Of a stretch of 64,000 nt of DNA, positions 12,885-26,268 are shown in pieces. Positions within the stretch are counted from its first letter, which is position 1. Each line of letters opens with the position of its first letter. The DNA is taken from assembly GCA_040357565.1 (NCBI GenBank), contig JBDODJ010000041.1, one strand, 5' to 3'. A model generated the notes under the pieces. The model was not told where the DNA came from. It did no database searches and worked only from the letters and a program-made list of their open reading frames with translations. Origin of the DNA: Cercozoa sp. M6MM. Taxonomy: Eukaryota; Protista; Endomyxa: Ascetosporea. The position numbers and the translations under genes are program-made.

Positions 12885-14531
12885 ATGCAAGAGAATATCA
12901 CAGAGGCAGCGCGAGAGCCAACGCGCATGAATTGGCTTCTGCACAAGTTGTATTTGGTAAGATATCCAACTGAATGTGCTTTTTCCCATTGTATCGCCAA
13001 GTATCAACAACGTTGAAAGTAGCAACGAGACTGGGAGCAATGTGAAGTGTTGTGCCGAGAGGAGCTAAGCACCGGTGACTCACAGTGCGTGCATGCGCTG
13101 TTTCTGCTGGCGTCGATGCAGCGACAATCTGGTGAAGTGAAAGCTTCATTGCAAACGCTGCGCGAGGCAATCACAATGACGGCTGAAATGTCACGCGAGC
13201 AAGTGCTTCTCTTGAGGCAAGTCGCTCGATCACTGCAATTGCTAGGTAGGCACCGCCAAGCACTGCGTGTTCTTGACGAAGCTACTGCCGTCCAGGCAAG
13301 TCTCGTCAACGAGTCCGACAACGCGGGTCTCCTCACTGCAGAAAGTGACTGGGAACTGCAACACTTGCGCGGCACGTGCATTGCCGCTTTGGGCGATACC
13401 GAAGCCGCAATAGACGCTTTCGACGTATCCAGTTGCAGCTATTTAGCAAAATGGAAGCTGGGCAGCTCAAAATGGTTTTCTTGTGTATAAAGGCCGCAAA
13501 CGCAGCGCAACGACACGATCGCACCATGCTCGCGCTGGCTCGTCTCTACGAAGACGCTGGCAGAACTGCTGACGCAACCGACACGTTGCTTGAAGCCGCT
13601 GAGTGCGTTGGCTTCTGCTTGCCCCAGCATGACTCTTCCATACAAGTGTGTTCTGTAGGGTGAGTCCGGAAAATCCCGATGTACTGACCGCACTCGGTTT
13701 GCACTTTCTGCATCAAGGAGAGGCTTTCCGCGCATTCGATTTTTTCGGCAAAGCTTTAACTTACGATCCTACTCACGCACGAGCACTTCTTGCCGCCGCG
13801 TCGGTGATACAGGACAACAAGGACTTTGACGTCGCTCTCGTTAAGTACCGCGTCGCAGCACAAAAGCTGCCGCACTCACCACAAGTGTGGAACAACGTGG
13901 CCATGTGCTTCTATGGCAAGCGTCAGTGGATCGCCGCGATTTCGTGCCTGAAGCGTGCGAGATACCTCGACCCCTTGGAGTGGATTATTGCGTACAACCT
14001 AGGTTTGTGTCACTTGCGCACACAGCAATTTGCCAGTGCGTGCCACTTCTTCACTGCTGTGTCGAACCTGAAGCCAGTAAAACTGCAGTTCTTTCTCTTT
14101 TTTTTTTGGTTGACTGTGTACGATGTGTGTCATTGTACCAGACCTTTCCTTTGGGACTTATGTATTTGGGAGTCGCACTCGCCGAATTGGGTGACGTACG
14201 CAACGCACTGTCAGCCTTCACGCGTGCGATCAAATGCGACGAAGAAAAGAAACAACCGTTGGTCCATCTCAACTTTGCGCTAGCCATGTTGAAGGCAGTC
14301 GCATTTCTCGGCACCCCCGGCAGCTCTGTATTTTCTTCAAAAGAGCAACGAGCATTGTTGCGTCGACTCATCACATCCGTGGAGACGAGTGATGCCATGC
14401 TGCATCCTGCAAAAGGCAGCAACATGTCCGTCGCACACATAGACGAAAACGACCTCCCTTTCATGCGTGAACAACTTGCACACACAAAGCAGGCGTGCAC
14501 GCTGCTCTCTGAGCAGTTGCTTTCCGGCTAA
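12885..14531 (+). CDS. BBS4: Bardet-Biedl syndrome 4 (BBSome TPR subunit)
   Basis: [10 protein letters not shown]-terminal motif; TPRs [76 protein letters not shown], characteristic of BBS4. Start may include a small upstream exon. Confidence 0.92.
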
Positions 14532-14837
14532 CACTATGGCGGAGACCAGACGATGATGATGTACAGTATGGTAGTTAGTTAAGTAGTTTGGTCTTGTACG
14601 GGGAAAATCCCTGTCGTCAAAAAGTGAAAACCTTCCAGGGGGTACAGTAACTACCTAGACATACCAAACACCCAAGGGAAAATAACAGGGTCCGATAAGT
14701 AAATTTAACTTCGGAAAGCCCACAACGCCTAATGGTTGAATTTTTCAAAAACGCCCCGCCAATCTGGGGCATACCCCGTTAGTAATTTATATATGGAACG
14801 TGCATAGGCTTCACTATTGTAGCGAAGTGAGCCGAGT

Positions 14838-17472
14838 TCACTCAAAAAACACGATATCATCTCGAAGTCGCTTGTCAGTTTCGTCGCGCAAGGGCTGCAA
14901 GAACGGGCTCAGCGAGCACACTTTTCTGTCCTCATGGTAAGCAATACAACCAAACATTCGGTTACTCACGTCTCTGCACTAAGAACGAAATACCCACGCT
15001 GCAAACGGTGTTGTGTGACGTGAGTGAGGACGAGCTTGTTGCGTGCGCGTGTCATGGCGACATACAGCACGCGCCGTTCCTCCTCAAGGCGCGCCTGAAG
15101 GCAGCGATTATCGTACTCGTCATCAGCATCGCTTTGCAGCGCTAGCCACAACGGTAGTGTATTTAACTCCACCCCTGTCACACAACACGTATCATTGTAA
15201 ATTTTGTTAAAGTAGTTGTACCAGCCACAAATACAGTATCCCACTCGAGTCCTTTTCCAGAATGAATCGTGCTCAACTGAACGACGGAATCTTGGTTGTT
15301 TCGTTTTCTTTGCAGCGTCACGTGCTTCTCTAAAAAGCTGCGCAACACCGCTTCCGAGTCTAACACAACACAAATTAAGACAACGTCAAAGCACATCTTT
15401 CTGTGGTTTACCTGCGCTTTCATGTATGCTTCTGTTGTTTTCACGTTCCTGATGCTGCCCGAGACAAAAAGACAAAGCATTCACCCAGATTGGTATTGGA
15501 AGTATCCGTGGGCTACCTGCTTTAAAATGGATTGAAAGGTCCCAAGGTTTTGCCATCGCGAAGAGTTGTCTACAAAACATATTTCAATGAGCCAACTTGA
15601 TGGTCAACTAACTATAAACTTATATTTAATTTAATTTAAGTTTACTGTTATATTACCTTTTTGCTTGCTGAGGTAGTCATAGTATCCAACCCGTTGAAGC
15701 TGTTCAGAGTGCCGATTACGAGGGAAACAAAAGGTTTATTGGACAGTTTAGGTAGACGTGAGACTTACTAGATTGTGCAGAACTGTCGACAGTGACATTT
15801 CTCGCAACTCCTTTCGCGCGTCCTTAACGTGCGACAGCAGCTCTTGCAAACCTGTGCATTTTTACAAAGTGGCAACCTAAGAAGTACCAGCGAGACAAGC
15901 GTACCTATCAGTGCAGTTGATCGCAGCCTTTCGCTGTCCTGAAGCACTGTTCGCTCAGTTTCCGACAAACTGCATAAATCCAAATTTGTAAATTCAACAG
16001 GCAGGGTAAAATGTACAAAGCTGCACATTTTTAGCTTACAGTACCTTTCGCTGTCTTCCGTGGATAGCAGTCGCGCAGCATGCCACACTGACTTCTGCAC
16101 TTTCAAACAACAAATATGTACAAGTGTGGACAAGTTAATATACTAAGAGTAGACCTAACTGAGGAATTACTTTGGGTAGTGTCTTGGCCAGGTTCGCGAT
16201 GTTGGAGATCTGTACGTCCCCGAGACCTCTGGGAGGAACGTTAATGATGCGCGAGAAAGCAGTGTTGTCGTCGGGGTTGAACAACACGCGCAGGAAACAC
16301 AAAATGTCCAGGCACTCACTCCGGTCCATAAACGACGGCGCTCCGCGAATTCTGTGAAATAGGGCAGTAAATTTAGAATCGCGAAGGGTCCTCAAAGGAT
16401 ATGACGCACACATAAGGAACTCCGTGAAAGAGCAGCGCCATTTCTATAGCTCGAAACATTCGCTTGACACGCACCAACACCGCTCGTGACTCTGGCTTTT
16501 CGATGTCTAAATTTATTGCACACGCCGTATTAAAGTAATTTCTTCAGTAGTAGTTTCTGTACCCTCCGCAAGCAGCGCAGCAATGAAATTCGCTTCCGCT
16601 TTGGCATCAACTCTACAGACCTAAACATATCAATGCTAAGTAAGTTGATGTTTCAAGTTCTCAGATAGAAAGGTATATACCACGTGCACTGGCGGTCCTT
16701 TCGCTCCATTGCACGAATGAAGCGTCGGACTGCTACGAAACACAAACAGTCAAGCTAGTTCTACCGAAAACAGCTACAAAAGCTGTAGTACTTGGACATA
16801 GAGCCGCCATTGATAACTTCAGTCGAGCAACGAAGAATGGAATCGTGCGATCGATAGTTCTACACTTTCCCATTCGCTTTTGCTATGCTACAGTAGTAAG
16901 TTGAGCAGTAAACTCCAGCATACAAGGTCAAGGGAGATTTGCTCCACTGTCACAACACAACAAAGTTAATCAGTTCAAAGCAGCAAAATAGATGATGCGA
17001 GAGCGTACTCTGATTGAAAGTGCGCTCGAAGATGTCAAAGTTCTCGCAGGGCTCAGCTCCTCGGAAACCATAGATACCCTGGTTCCTGTCACCAACGACA
17101 AATATCGACGGCGTTTCGTTCTTTCGTGCCAACTCTGTGGCGATTTGGAACTGAAGAGAACTGGTGTCCCTACAAATAATGTAATTTCAGTTGCTGTGAA
17201 GGATTAAATTTACTAGCTAGGATGCAAACTAAAGGTACTGAAACTCGTCGATGACGACATGCCGGTACTCGGACAAGTCGACTTCGTTGTTCTTCTGTGT
17301 AATGGTATGAATGAAAGTGCAACTGAAGGTTTGATTTATGGTTACGAGCAAGTCGTACGCACGCAAGAGCATATCAGAGAAGTCGATGCACTTGCGTTTC
17401 TTGAGCAGTAGTTCGTATTGTGAGTACACTTGATAGAGTACTGGGAACCGAAACACACACACACACACACAC

Positions 17473-17522
<50 letters not shown>

Positions 17523-18657
17523 TCAAGCAATGAAAAACAACAGAGTAGACAACAACTGCAACTGTACATTGTTCCTTGCAAACTTTCTTAGGGTCCGACA
17601 GAGTGTGCTTGTGACCTGCGCACTCTCCATGTTAAATGCAACATAATATCTGACGCGATAGGTTGCAGTAGTACGAGCAAAGTAGTCTTCGGGAGTGACA
17701 CGCCGGCATTTCATCGTGGCTATGATCTGGGCCAGATCTTCCTGTATCATTTGAACAAACTTGAATGGAAAAGCCGAAAGTTGTAGCGTTTTAGTTTATT
17801 CACCGAAGTATAGAATTGATCGAATCGACTTTTGCGGATTTGTTGCAACGGTGTCCGCAGTTGCCTCAATGCTTTTCTCGTCAGGCGTATCTAAGGACAA
17901 AAGCAGACTCCTGGAAAGAAAATAACGTGGAATGACAATGTTACAGTTTTCTTCTCGTCAGCGATTGTGTAGTCGGCTTCTTCCAACACACCTTTTCCTA
18001 CACAGAATGCCTTTTTCAAGTCAGTTCATATGTACGCGTATGTGTACTGTACCGTGTTGTTGCACAATCATGTAACAAAACGCATGTATTGTCGCACACC
18101 TAAAGTACACCCAACACAAACTAAAGACGCAACTTCAGAGTAGAAACTAATGCGGTGTGTTACGTGACGCGAGCTCGATCGACGTCACTGAGTTCTTTCA
18201 CGCGTTTGAGCAACTCACCTGCTGCCTACGTTCAAAGTCGAGTAAATCAAAACCCTCGTACTTAATACGTTTCTTCTACTGTAGCAAAAACCTTGTTCGA
18301 GAACGTGACAGCGACGATTTTTTCCTCTTCTGGCGTGTTTCTTTTATGTTGCAATGACAATGTGATGCGTTTTTCGTCATGTAATGTTATCATTACTCGA
18401 GCAGGTGATTAATACGATGAGCAATTACACGAGTCTTTCCTGTACCAGGACCGGCACTAACCATCTGGGGGGGGGGGGTAGGGCAGAGTGGGCATACTGA
18501 TAGGAGCGGTGCGCTGTACCGTGGCCGAATAGGGAGGGCGCTGGACTGCAAGGTTTTGCTGAGAGTTCAGCGACTCTGATGCCAAACAGCACCTTTGAAT
18601 TCGCTGCACAGCAGCGTTTCTGCACAACGCACGTGCAAGCGCACGGTGCAAGAGCAT
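14838..18657 (-). CDS. UvrD/PcrA/Srs2-like SF1 DNA helicase with presequence-like N-terminus, many introns
   Basis: LNSQQ..AV Q motif, AGPGTGKT, VIDEFQD, VVGDRNQGIYGFRGA, NYRS, INVPPRGLG, LSTIHSGKGLEWDTVFV, EEERRVLYVAMTRAR, SPFL; stop TGA at 14838. Confidence 0.92.
17452..17520. repeat. (AC)n microsatellite in helicase intron
   Basis: Near-perfect AC run between helicase exons. Confidence 0.95.
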
Positions 18658-18950
18658 TCGATATCCTACCGCCAATCCAGTTTACGATTCGCTGCGAATC
18701 ACGAGGTCACTTTTGATTTTAACTTGGAGGATGTCGCCGCGAAGAATACGAAAAAACAATGCACTAACTGAAAAGGTCACAAGAAACCATGTGACACAGT
18801 TGTGATCCATGTTACACTGAAGCGTAAAGTTAGATGTCCCAAACCTGTGAACGCATTTCATTTGCACACAGGACACTATGGAATGCGACAGCTTCGGCTC
18901 GATGGTTTCCTAGTTTGCCTTTCGAGAAGGTTTTCTGCGCATGAGCTGCG

Positions 18951-21540
18951 TTAGATCAGCAAGCTCTCCATGAGTTGCTGACGGCGGTTCTTCTCTTCTA
19001 GCTCGTGTGCGAGTTCTTCGCTGACCCTGGAGATGATGTAAGTGGTCCAGAGTGTTTGTGGGGAATGCAACAGATGTATACCATTCTTGATCGACCCGAA
19101 TGCGCGTGCTGAGATCACTAGCTTGTCTTTCCTCGGAGGAGAGTTTCTCCGCCCTGCAATTGTTTTTATTGCTCACTGACTTTTTTTAAAGTTATTGATG
19201 TGTACCGAGGGTGCTGCTCGAGTTGCACGCCAACATCTGTGAGCAGTTTCTCAACTAGCATGCTCAGACGACGTGCGCCACTGCCAGCCAATCATTGCAG
19301 ATGAACAGTAAGAGATGAATCGTCTCTGTGGAGGACTCACAAGTTGTCTGTCTTGTTCATCTCTTCCGCAATGTCGGCGACTACATTTTAGGCATCAAGT
19401 ATGGGCCTCGTATCGAGAGATACTAGCATACCTAAATCAAGAGCTTCGTCGGCAAAGGTCAGTTCGATTCCTTCAGGTCGGAGCAACTGACCTGTCTCAC
19501 AACATGTGCTCATATGGCAAAATTTGTCAGTGAACAGCTCACTGTGTACATTTTTGAGAAGCGATGGAGTGCGGTGACTGCAGGATTTCCAGCAGTTCAT
19601 CCTTTGTCAAAGGCGCCAGATCCACCACGTTGGCCAGTCGGCCTCGTCTGCAGCACACAAGCTTACTTGAATCTTACTCCTACACGGGTATGCAGCAACG
19701 TTAGAGTACAACTCAGGGAGCATGTCTTCTGGCTTTGCCACAAGAAATGCACCAGCACAAACGAAGAGAATGTTGTCGGTTTTCATCGTAACTTTGTGTT
19801 TATACAAGAAGGAGAATACATGGTGTGAATCAAGTCAAAATATACTACTGTAGTCAAAGTACCGCCACGGCGTTGCAAATTCACCTCACTGCCGCTCAAC
19901 TGCACACGTGAGATATAATTTTGTTTTGTTTATTGTCAGTAGAACAAGCTGCATCGAAACATTGCAGGGTACCAGAGGAATGAGGTCACGCTGAACACCA
20001 GAGGTGCTAACGCTTCCATGTTGTCCTGAGAAGTTGTACAGACAAAGTGAACATACAACTAGAGACTTTACAGAAAAGCTTGAAAGAGTGCGATAAAATG
20101 TACCATTGCCGACGGACATGGCGAGCTTGTCAATTTCGTCAATGAAAATGACGCCAGAACTTTCGGCCATTTGGAAGGCCTTTTGTTGCCAGTCTTCTTG
20201 CTATACAGGCGGTGTATTTCTCTAACAGACTTGTACGCAACAGAACAGAAGATCGCAAGGCGGTACCAACAGGTGCTGGACCATGACAGTTTCTGTCGCC
20301 AACATTAGAGCATCTCTAAGCAAACAGCGGTGAAACTGCTTGCACCTCAGAAGGGAACTGCAATTACCGTCCATTGAGGTACATGGGGTAAGACACTGGC
20401 ATTGATGTGTCATTGTACAGGTCCGACCACCTGCGTAGGTTAAAGTCAATCGCAATGAGAAGAAAAAACTGTAGATACAGTACCGACGAGTGTTCTCGAG
20501 TGGAATCCTGCTGGTGTCCCACTTCTGCTCCAGCAGCGACGCGAGCGACAGCTTCTTCTTCTGTTTCTTCTCTTCTGTTCGTATACTCGAAGTATCAGTG
20601 TTTTCTCTCTCTCTCATGCAAACACACACATACACACATGCAAACACACACACGCAAGTCATAGCTAGCCAGCTTACTCTTGGTTTTGGCGTTCATCACA
20701 GCAACGTCTGCGCTGGCTTGAACATGTGGAAACCACGGCTACAGGGATCAAGCACGGTGGTTTACTGTACTGTGGGTCCACTCAGTCAAAAAATTGAAAC
20801 TGACCTGAGCGACTGCCCAGCTGCGCAGGAGCCCTTCGCCCTGTACAAAGTAAAATCAGTTTAGTTCAACCGGAGCATCTTGAACTGGCTGTACTACATA
20901 TGCTGTTTACCTTCTTTCGCGCATTGGGATCGTCTCGCATGCTGCTGCGTGCCATTTCCAAGTACTTTGCCTCTGCAGCATCGACAAGGTCGTCCAGAAT
21001 TTCAGTCACAGCACGGCCGACGTAGCCAACCTGCGAGAAGGAAGTCGCGTTGGTCGAGATGAACGGTGCGTTGGTCAAGTCGGCCAAACAACCTGATCAT
21101 CACACGCAACAGATGAGCCAAGAAAATGGAGCTAAGAAAACCATCACTGAGCGGTAAAATACGCGACAACTCCGTCTTGCCGACGCCAGAGGGGCCCATC
21201 AGCAGAACATGCGACGGTCGGTACTTGCGCTTGTCCTACGGGTTGTGCAAGTAGACCTTTCAGTAGAAAGCGCGTTACCACAAAAGGAGACAACTTTGTC
21301 ATGCGCCAACGCGTCCGAAAGGCCTCCACCAGCCGCTTCTTGGCCTGTGTAACGAAGCTACAGCATCCAGTTGACAGTTTCGGTTCAGTTTACCTCGTGC
21401 TGCCCGATTACGTTTTCGTTTAAAAAATCAAGCATTGCTCTTGGTTTTAGTGCCATCATTTTGGTCGACTCAAAAGGAACACACTCACTGCTGGACACAC
21501 ACCGAGTGGCACGTGTGACCAGCTTTCGTCTGAACATCAT
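18951..21540 (-). CDS. hslU: HslU (ClpY) AAA+ ATPase subunit of the HslUV protease, probably mitochondrial
   Basis: [89 protein letters not shown]; Arg/Ser-rich N-terminus [17 protein letters not shown]; GT-AG introns. Confidence 0.93.
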
Positions 21541-22160
21541 CTGGGGTTGATCACTTGCAAAACCGTCCGTTTGTTTGGCACCGAGCTGCTTCTGCCCTGA
21601 TCGTTTCAGTTTGCACACGTTAAATACGCCGAATAGGTGCAATGTCACAGTCAACGAGCGTCACAAGCGTTAAAACCTTTGAGACTGTATCGATAGTATT
21701 TCTTCCAACCGCTTGGTGCTCAAAAGTGTACAGAAATCGAATATGTTGTGTTGAGTTTGCGGCTTAGTAAACGTGTGCAGCGTAATAAACACGTTGTTAG
21801 TTAAGAGTTTTGGGTTAAGCAGATCCCCGAATAGTGCATGTCAGTGAAACAGACTTTTTGGTTGAAATTCTGCATAATTTTGGCCTAGATGTCTGACGAT
21901 TAATTAGAGCGTTTCCCTTGAAGGCAGCAGTCCGTAAAGCGGGACGGCTTTGAGTGCCTCTTTTCACACACAGCTTGCCGACGCACAGGAACCGTGGAAG
22001 TGACCAACACAGAAAAAACATCTCTAATAAGTTGTTCCGCACAGTGCAAGGGCGTGCTCGAGTATTTTTAGACGGGTTTTTGTTTGTTAGAACGCGCGCG
22101 CGCGTTCGCAGGCACGATCAGCAAAACACGAGTCCAAGCGGCTAGGTCGAAAAGAAAAAG

Positions 22161-23793
22161 ATGGAGGAAGCACTAAAGATGCAGGCGGACGCGGTGGCGC
22201 AAGCGATGACATCAACAAAGCAGCAGTACTCGGCACTGGTTGCACAGGCCGTTGCACAAGGACACGTCGATGCCATTCCGCTGTAAGTCTGTTTTTTTTT
22301 TGTATCGGTTGGTTTGAATTTGAGTGATTGATTTGTGTGTCGGGCAGGTACGCTCAGAGCATGCAGGCCTCGCTGACACTACAGACTCCGTTGTTACAGG
22401 GGAGGTAAAATTCTGCCCTATCCCACCTGACCCTACGTGACCCACCTGACCCTACGTGACCCACCACCCTGCCTGACCTTACTCTACCTGCTACCTAGCT
22501 GATCGTATTATGACCTTGCTGTAGGTACACGGAACTCGTGTCTGAGTGCGCATTGGAAATTGCGAAGTGGCACGGTACTTTATCTTTTGGTGAGGAGAAT
22601 AAGAGTAGGACAGTGTCTCTATCGTATGCTGCTTTGTTGCAGGCATCCACGCGTCAACGCGAGTCAAACTGAGGAACCGGAAGTTTCGCGAGTACCGTCG
22701 ACGGGTACCTTCCAGCATAGCTATACGCTACAATCAAAGTATAAATGCACTCTGTACAAATGTACTCTGTACAAATGGACTCTGTACAAACGGACTCTGT
22801 CCAAACAGACCGAGGTATATTCTGTCCAAATGTACCGTGTGTGTCTGTCGGTGTAGATGGTTAAACACTACACCGGCAAACTGGAGAAACTCGGCGTCGC
22901 CAAAGACGAGATTCTGCGCTCAATTCTGCGGTATCACCGTCCAGTCCATCTGACCTTGTCCCTCTGTACTGTTCATGTCCACCTGTGTATAGCCGGAGCA
23001 TCTACATCCGCAGTGTCCTCAGTGTAGCCACGATAAACATCATGCAGTGTAGTGTGCCTGGTTCGTGCCTTAACTGTCGTGGAAACAGGAGTGGTCCAAC
23101 GTCGGCGATCTCGCCGAGGAGGCGCGCGCGATTAGAAACCTCCTCGTGTCCATCTGTACACTCTTGCTGTCTGGCTTGGTTTAGGCTCTGTTTGGGCTCT
23201 CATTGGGCTCAGCTTATGGGTGACTCTGTCTCGGCTCAGGCAAGATGGACGACGACATCAAGCTTCCGCTCTCGGCCGACGGCTGCGTCGTGGAACACCA
23301 CCGTAGCTGAAGGCTCCCTTAACCATTCGGCCCCTTAATCAGTCTTGAACACCCCCTTTAACCAGTTGTGAAACACTCCTTAAACACACTGCCATTTTGT
23401 AGCCAGGTGGAAGGTGCCGTCGACCTTTGAACTCACGCCCGACCATGACGGTATTCAACAACACGTGAAAACCTTGCTGGTGTATTTGTGTTTGCGTGTG
23501 TGCACTGTAGGTGTCCTTGCGACTGTTGTGAACGACGAGTTGCGTCGGGTTGGTTCTGTTACCCCACCCCCCTTTACACTTTTTACCGCCCATTTCACGC
23601 CCCTGTTTACCCCCTGTTTACCTCCTCCTTACCCCCATTTTACCACCTCTTTACCCCCTTTTTACCCCCTCTTTACCTCCCTATTTACCCCCCNNNNNNN
23701 NNNNNNNNNNNNNNNNNNNNNNNNNNNNNNNNNNNNNNNNNNNNNNNNNNNNNNNNNNNNNNNNNNNNNNNNNNNNNNNNNNNNNNNNNNNNN

Positions 23794-23849
<56 letters not shown>

Positions 23850-25170
23850 TACTGTGCAACGATTGGTGGTGGTAGATTAAATTTCCGTCCGAGTGGACCA
23901 TGATGGAACTCGCGGTGCGTGCGTTTCTCTCACCCAGCGAACACGATCGTCGTGTCTACTACCGGCAGTTGTGGCACCACTTGGCTTTCTCGCGCACGCT
24001 CTTCTTGGAGGTGAGTTGCCCCCCCCCCCATACCCCATTGCGTCCCTACCCTCCCTTTTTGACAGGAGATGCTGTCGAACTTTGACCGCAGCAGCGTGGT
24101 GCACCGACTGATGGCGATGCTGTGCGACAAAACGCTGCTGCACGGGTGCACCGAACTCTACCGCGAGGACGACCATCTGCGCTTCATTCGCAACACTGCC
24201 GTAGCTTGCCCAGTTTTTACCCCCTTCTTTCTTCTTTAATATTAAGACAGAAGTATGGCCAACATGTGTGTGTATGTATGTGTGTGCATGTGTGTGTGTG
24301 TTTGTGTTTGGTGTGTGTGTGTGTATATGGTATGGATCAGGTGCGACGAGTGGCGCACCTCGAGAGCATTCCAGGCGGCCGCATGCGCTTTGAGCAACCA
24401 ATGACAAAGCGCTGTGCTTTCATGTTCTACTCGGTAAATCTACAGTGTGCTTTTAAATCTACAGTGCACTTTTGGGGGGAGAGAAGAAGGACATGTGCAC
24501 CTGCACTCTGTCGACTGTGTGTGCTGTAGTGCTGCATCGCCGAAAGCAGCGAACTGATCGAACTGATGCACGGCGATCTCATTCGGTGGTAGCCTGCACC
24601 GTCCCTGGCCTACTTCAGGGCGTCTATGTGTCAGTCTATGTGTGTATGACTGTACAGGCCAGGCGATCCCTACTTGATTGCACACTTTGTGCAAGCCACT
24701 GTGCGTGTCTTGGTAGTGTTTCATCTGCCTCTATGTAGAGAGACCTATATCTACGATCGTTCCATTTGGTTTGCAGCTCAACGAGAAAGAAGAGCGCGTG
24801 TGCCTGACACGCGAGCAGCGTGCCGTGGTGTGGGACTGGCTCTACTCCAGTATCACCGAACTCAACGGTCTGCTGTGCCGCCGCACGCTGCCGCTGCTCT
24901 GCTCCTCTGTTGATATCTGCGATTACTGTCCGAGGTGAGACTCTCTCTCTCTCTCTCTCGATACATGTGCATCTGTGTATCCGTGTATATGTGTATATGT
25001 GTATATGCCCTACCTGTTATCTTTCAGAAAGAAAGTCTACGTGATAAACCCGTCGCCTTTCATGCAGCTGCTGGAGTTGCAGATCACGGACCCGCACAGT
25101 GTGGATTACAATCCTCTGGTAGGCACATACACACCTCCTACCTGTAAAATTGAATCAACGCTACTGGGAG

Positions 25171-25219
<49 letters not shown>

Positions 25220-25229
25220 NNNNNNNNNN

Positions 25230-25277
<48 letters not shown>

Positions 25278-26268
25278 ACAGGAGTGGAGACTGGCCGCAG
25301 TTGTGACCTCGTGGATCGCGACCGACGCGTTCTCCTTCGACCCGGTACCTGTCTGCAGTATGTGTACAGCTGTACATGTATGTATGTATGCGTGTATGAG
25401 TGTGTGCATGTTCAGGACTCGGACCGACGGCAGGTGCAGCAGTGCCGCGACTGGCTCATGCGCGTTGGCGCCTTCTACTACGACGACGCCGCCTGCGAGT
25501 GGCTCTTCCGCAACGTGCGAGACAGTGGCGACGCCGCCATCGCTGACGGCTCGCTGTGTAGGCCTCAATCTACTCTGCCCCGTCCTACCCAGTCCTACCC
25601 CAGTCCTACCCCAGTCCTACCCCAGTCCTACCCCAGTCCTACCCCAGCCTTACCTCTACCCTACCTCTATTCTTTATCTGCAGGCATACTGCTGCGAAGT
25701 CCCGACGGCGTCGAGTGGGGCCGCCGCGTGTTTCGTGAGACTCTGGCCGACAGTGGCAGCGACTTTGTGTGTCTGCACAACCCGATCGTGTTCTTCTGGA
25801 CCATGGTGTCGCTGGGCGCCTCGGTCGAGCACGACGCCGACTCGACGCGCACGCTGAGCGACGCCGTGGCCACGCTGTGTCGCGATGCCAATGACACTGA
25901 CACTGACACTGACACTGACGCGGACCGCGCGGAAGTGACACGTGCCAGTCGCACGCTGACGCAGCACCTGCAGCGCCATCGACTCGAACTGTTTGAACCC
26001 TTCGCGCAACTCCTGCGACAACACACGCCCCTCCCTCTCGAACTTATCGGTACGACTGTTTTATTGTTTTGCTTTCTCAATAATAGGAAAACTGAACACT
26101 GGAGCAGACGAGGTGCGTGACTACTCGCTGTGTGCCGCTCTGCCGCGTGTGCTACCGCGCGTCTTTCGTGACGGCTTCATTGGGCCGCGTGCCACGCGCG
26201 AGATTATCGCGACTCCGAACTCAGACTGGCACCTACCGGTAACCTCGCGCAGGCCTCTGGAGTCTTGA
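22161..26268 (+). CDS. Large hypothetical protein, ~20 exons with repeat-filled introns (could be two genes; spans a gap)
   Basis: GC-rich exons bounded by GT/AG from MEEALKMQADAVAQ to ...VTSRRPLES*; no family recognised. Confidence 0.55.
22748..22810 (+). repeat. 15-bp minisatellite (ACTCTGTACAAATGG-like) x4 in intron
   Basis: actctgtacaaatgt/actctgtacaaatgg/actctgtacaaacgg/actctgtccaaacag. Confidence 0.9.
23559..23847 (+). repeat. C-rich TTTACCCCC-type intronic repeat, 100-N gap (23694-23793), then (GT)n
   Basis: cccctgtttaccccctgtttacc...tttaccccc units followed by N100 and a GT run. Confidence 0.9.
25173..25276. repeat. (GT)n microsatellite with 10-N gap, intronic
   Basis: Direct reading. 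Confidence 0.95.
25584..25655 (+). repeat. 11-bp minisatellite (CCCCAGTCCTA)n in intron
   Basis: About six tandem copies of cctaccccagt. Confidence 0.92.

Noticed and set aside
17160-17240. Apparent non-canonical intron after DEFQ in the helicase (and similar cases in HUS1, Reeler-like and ankyrin genes)
   Set aside because: All junctions I checked resolve as GT-AG once phase or micro-exons are considered.
14838-21540. Bacterial contamination or prophage, given hslU and uvrD
   Set aside because: Both genes are split by numerous spliceosomal introns and flanked by eukaryotic genes.
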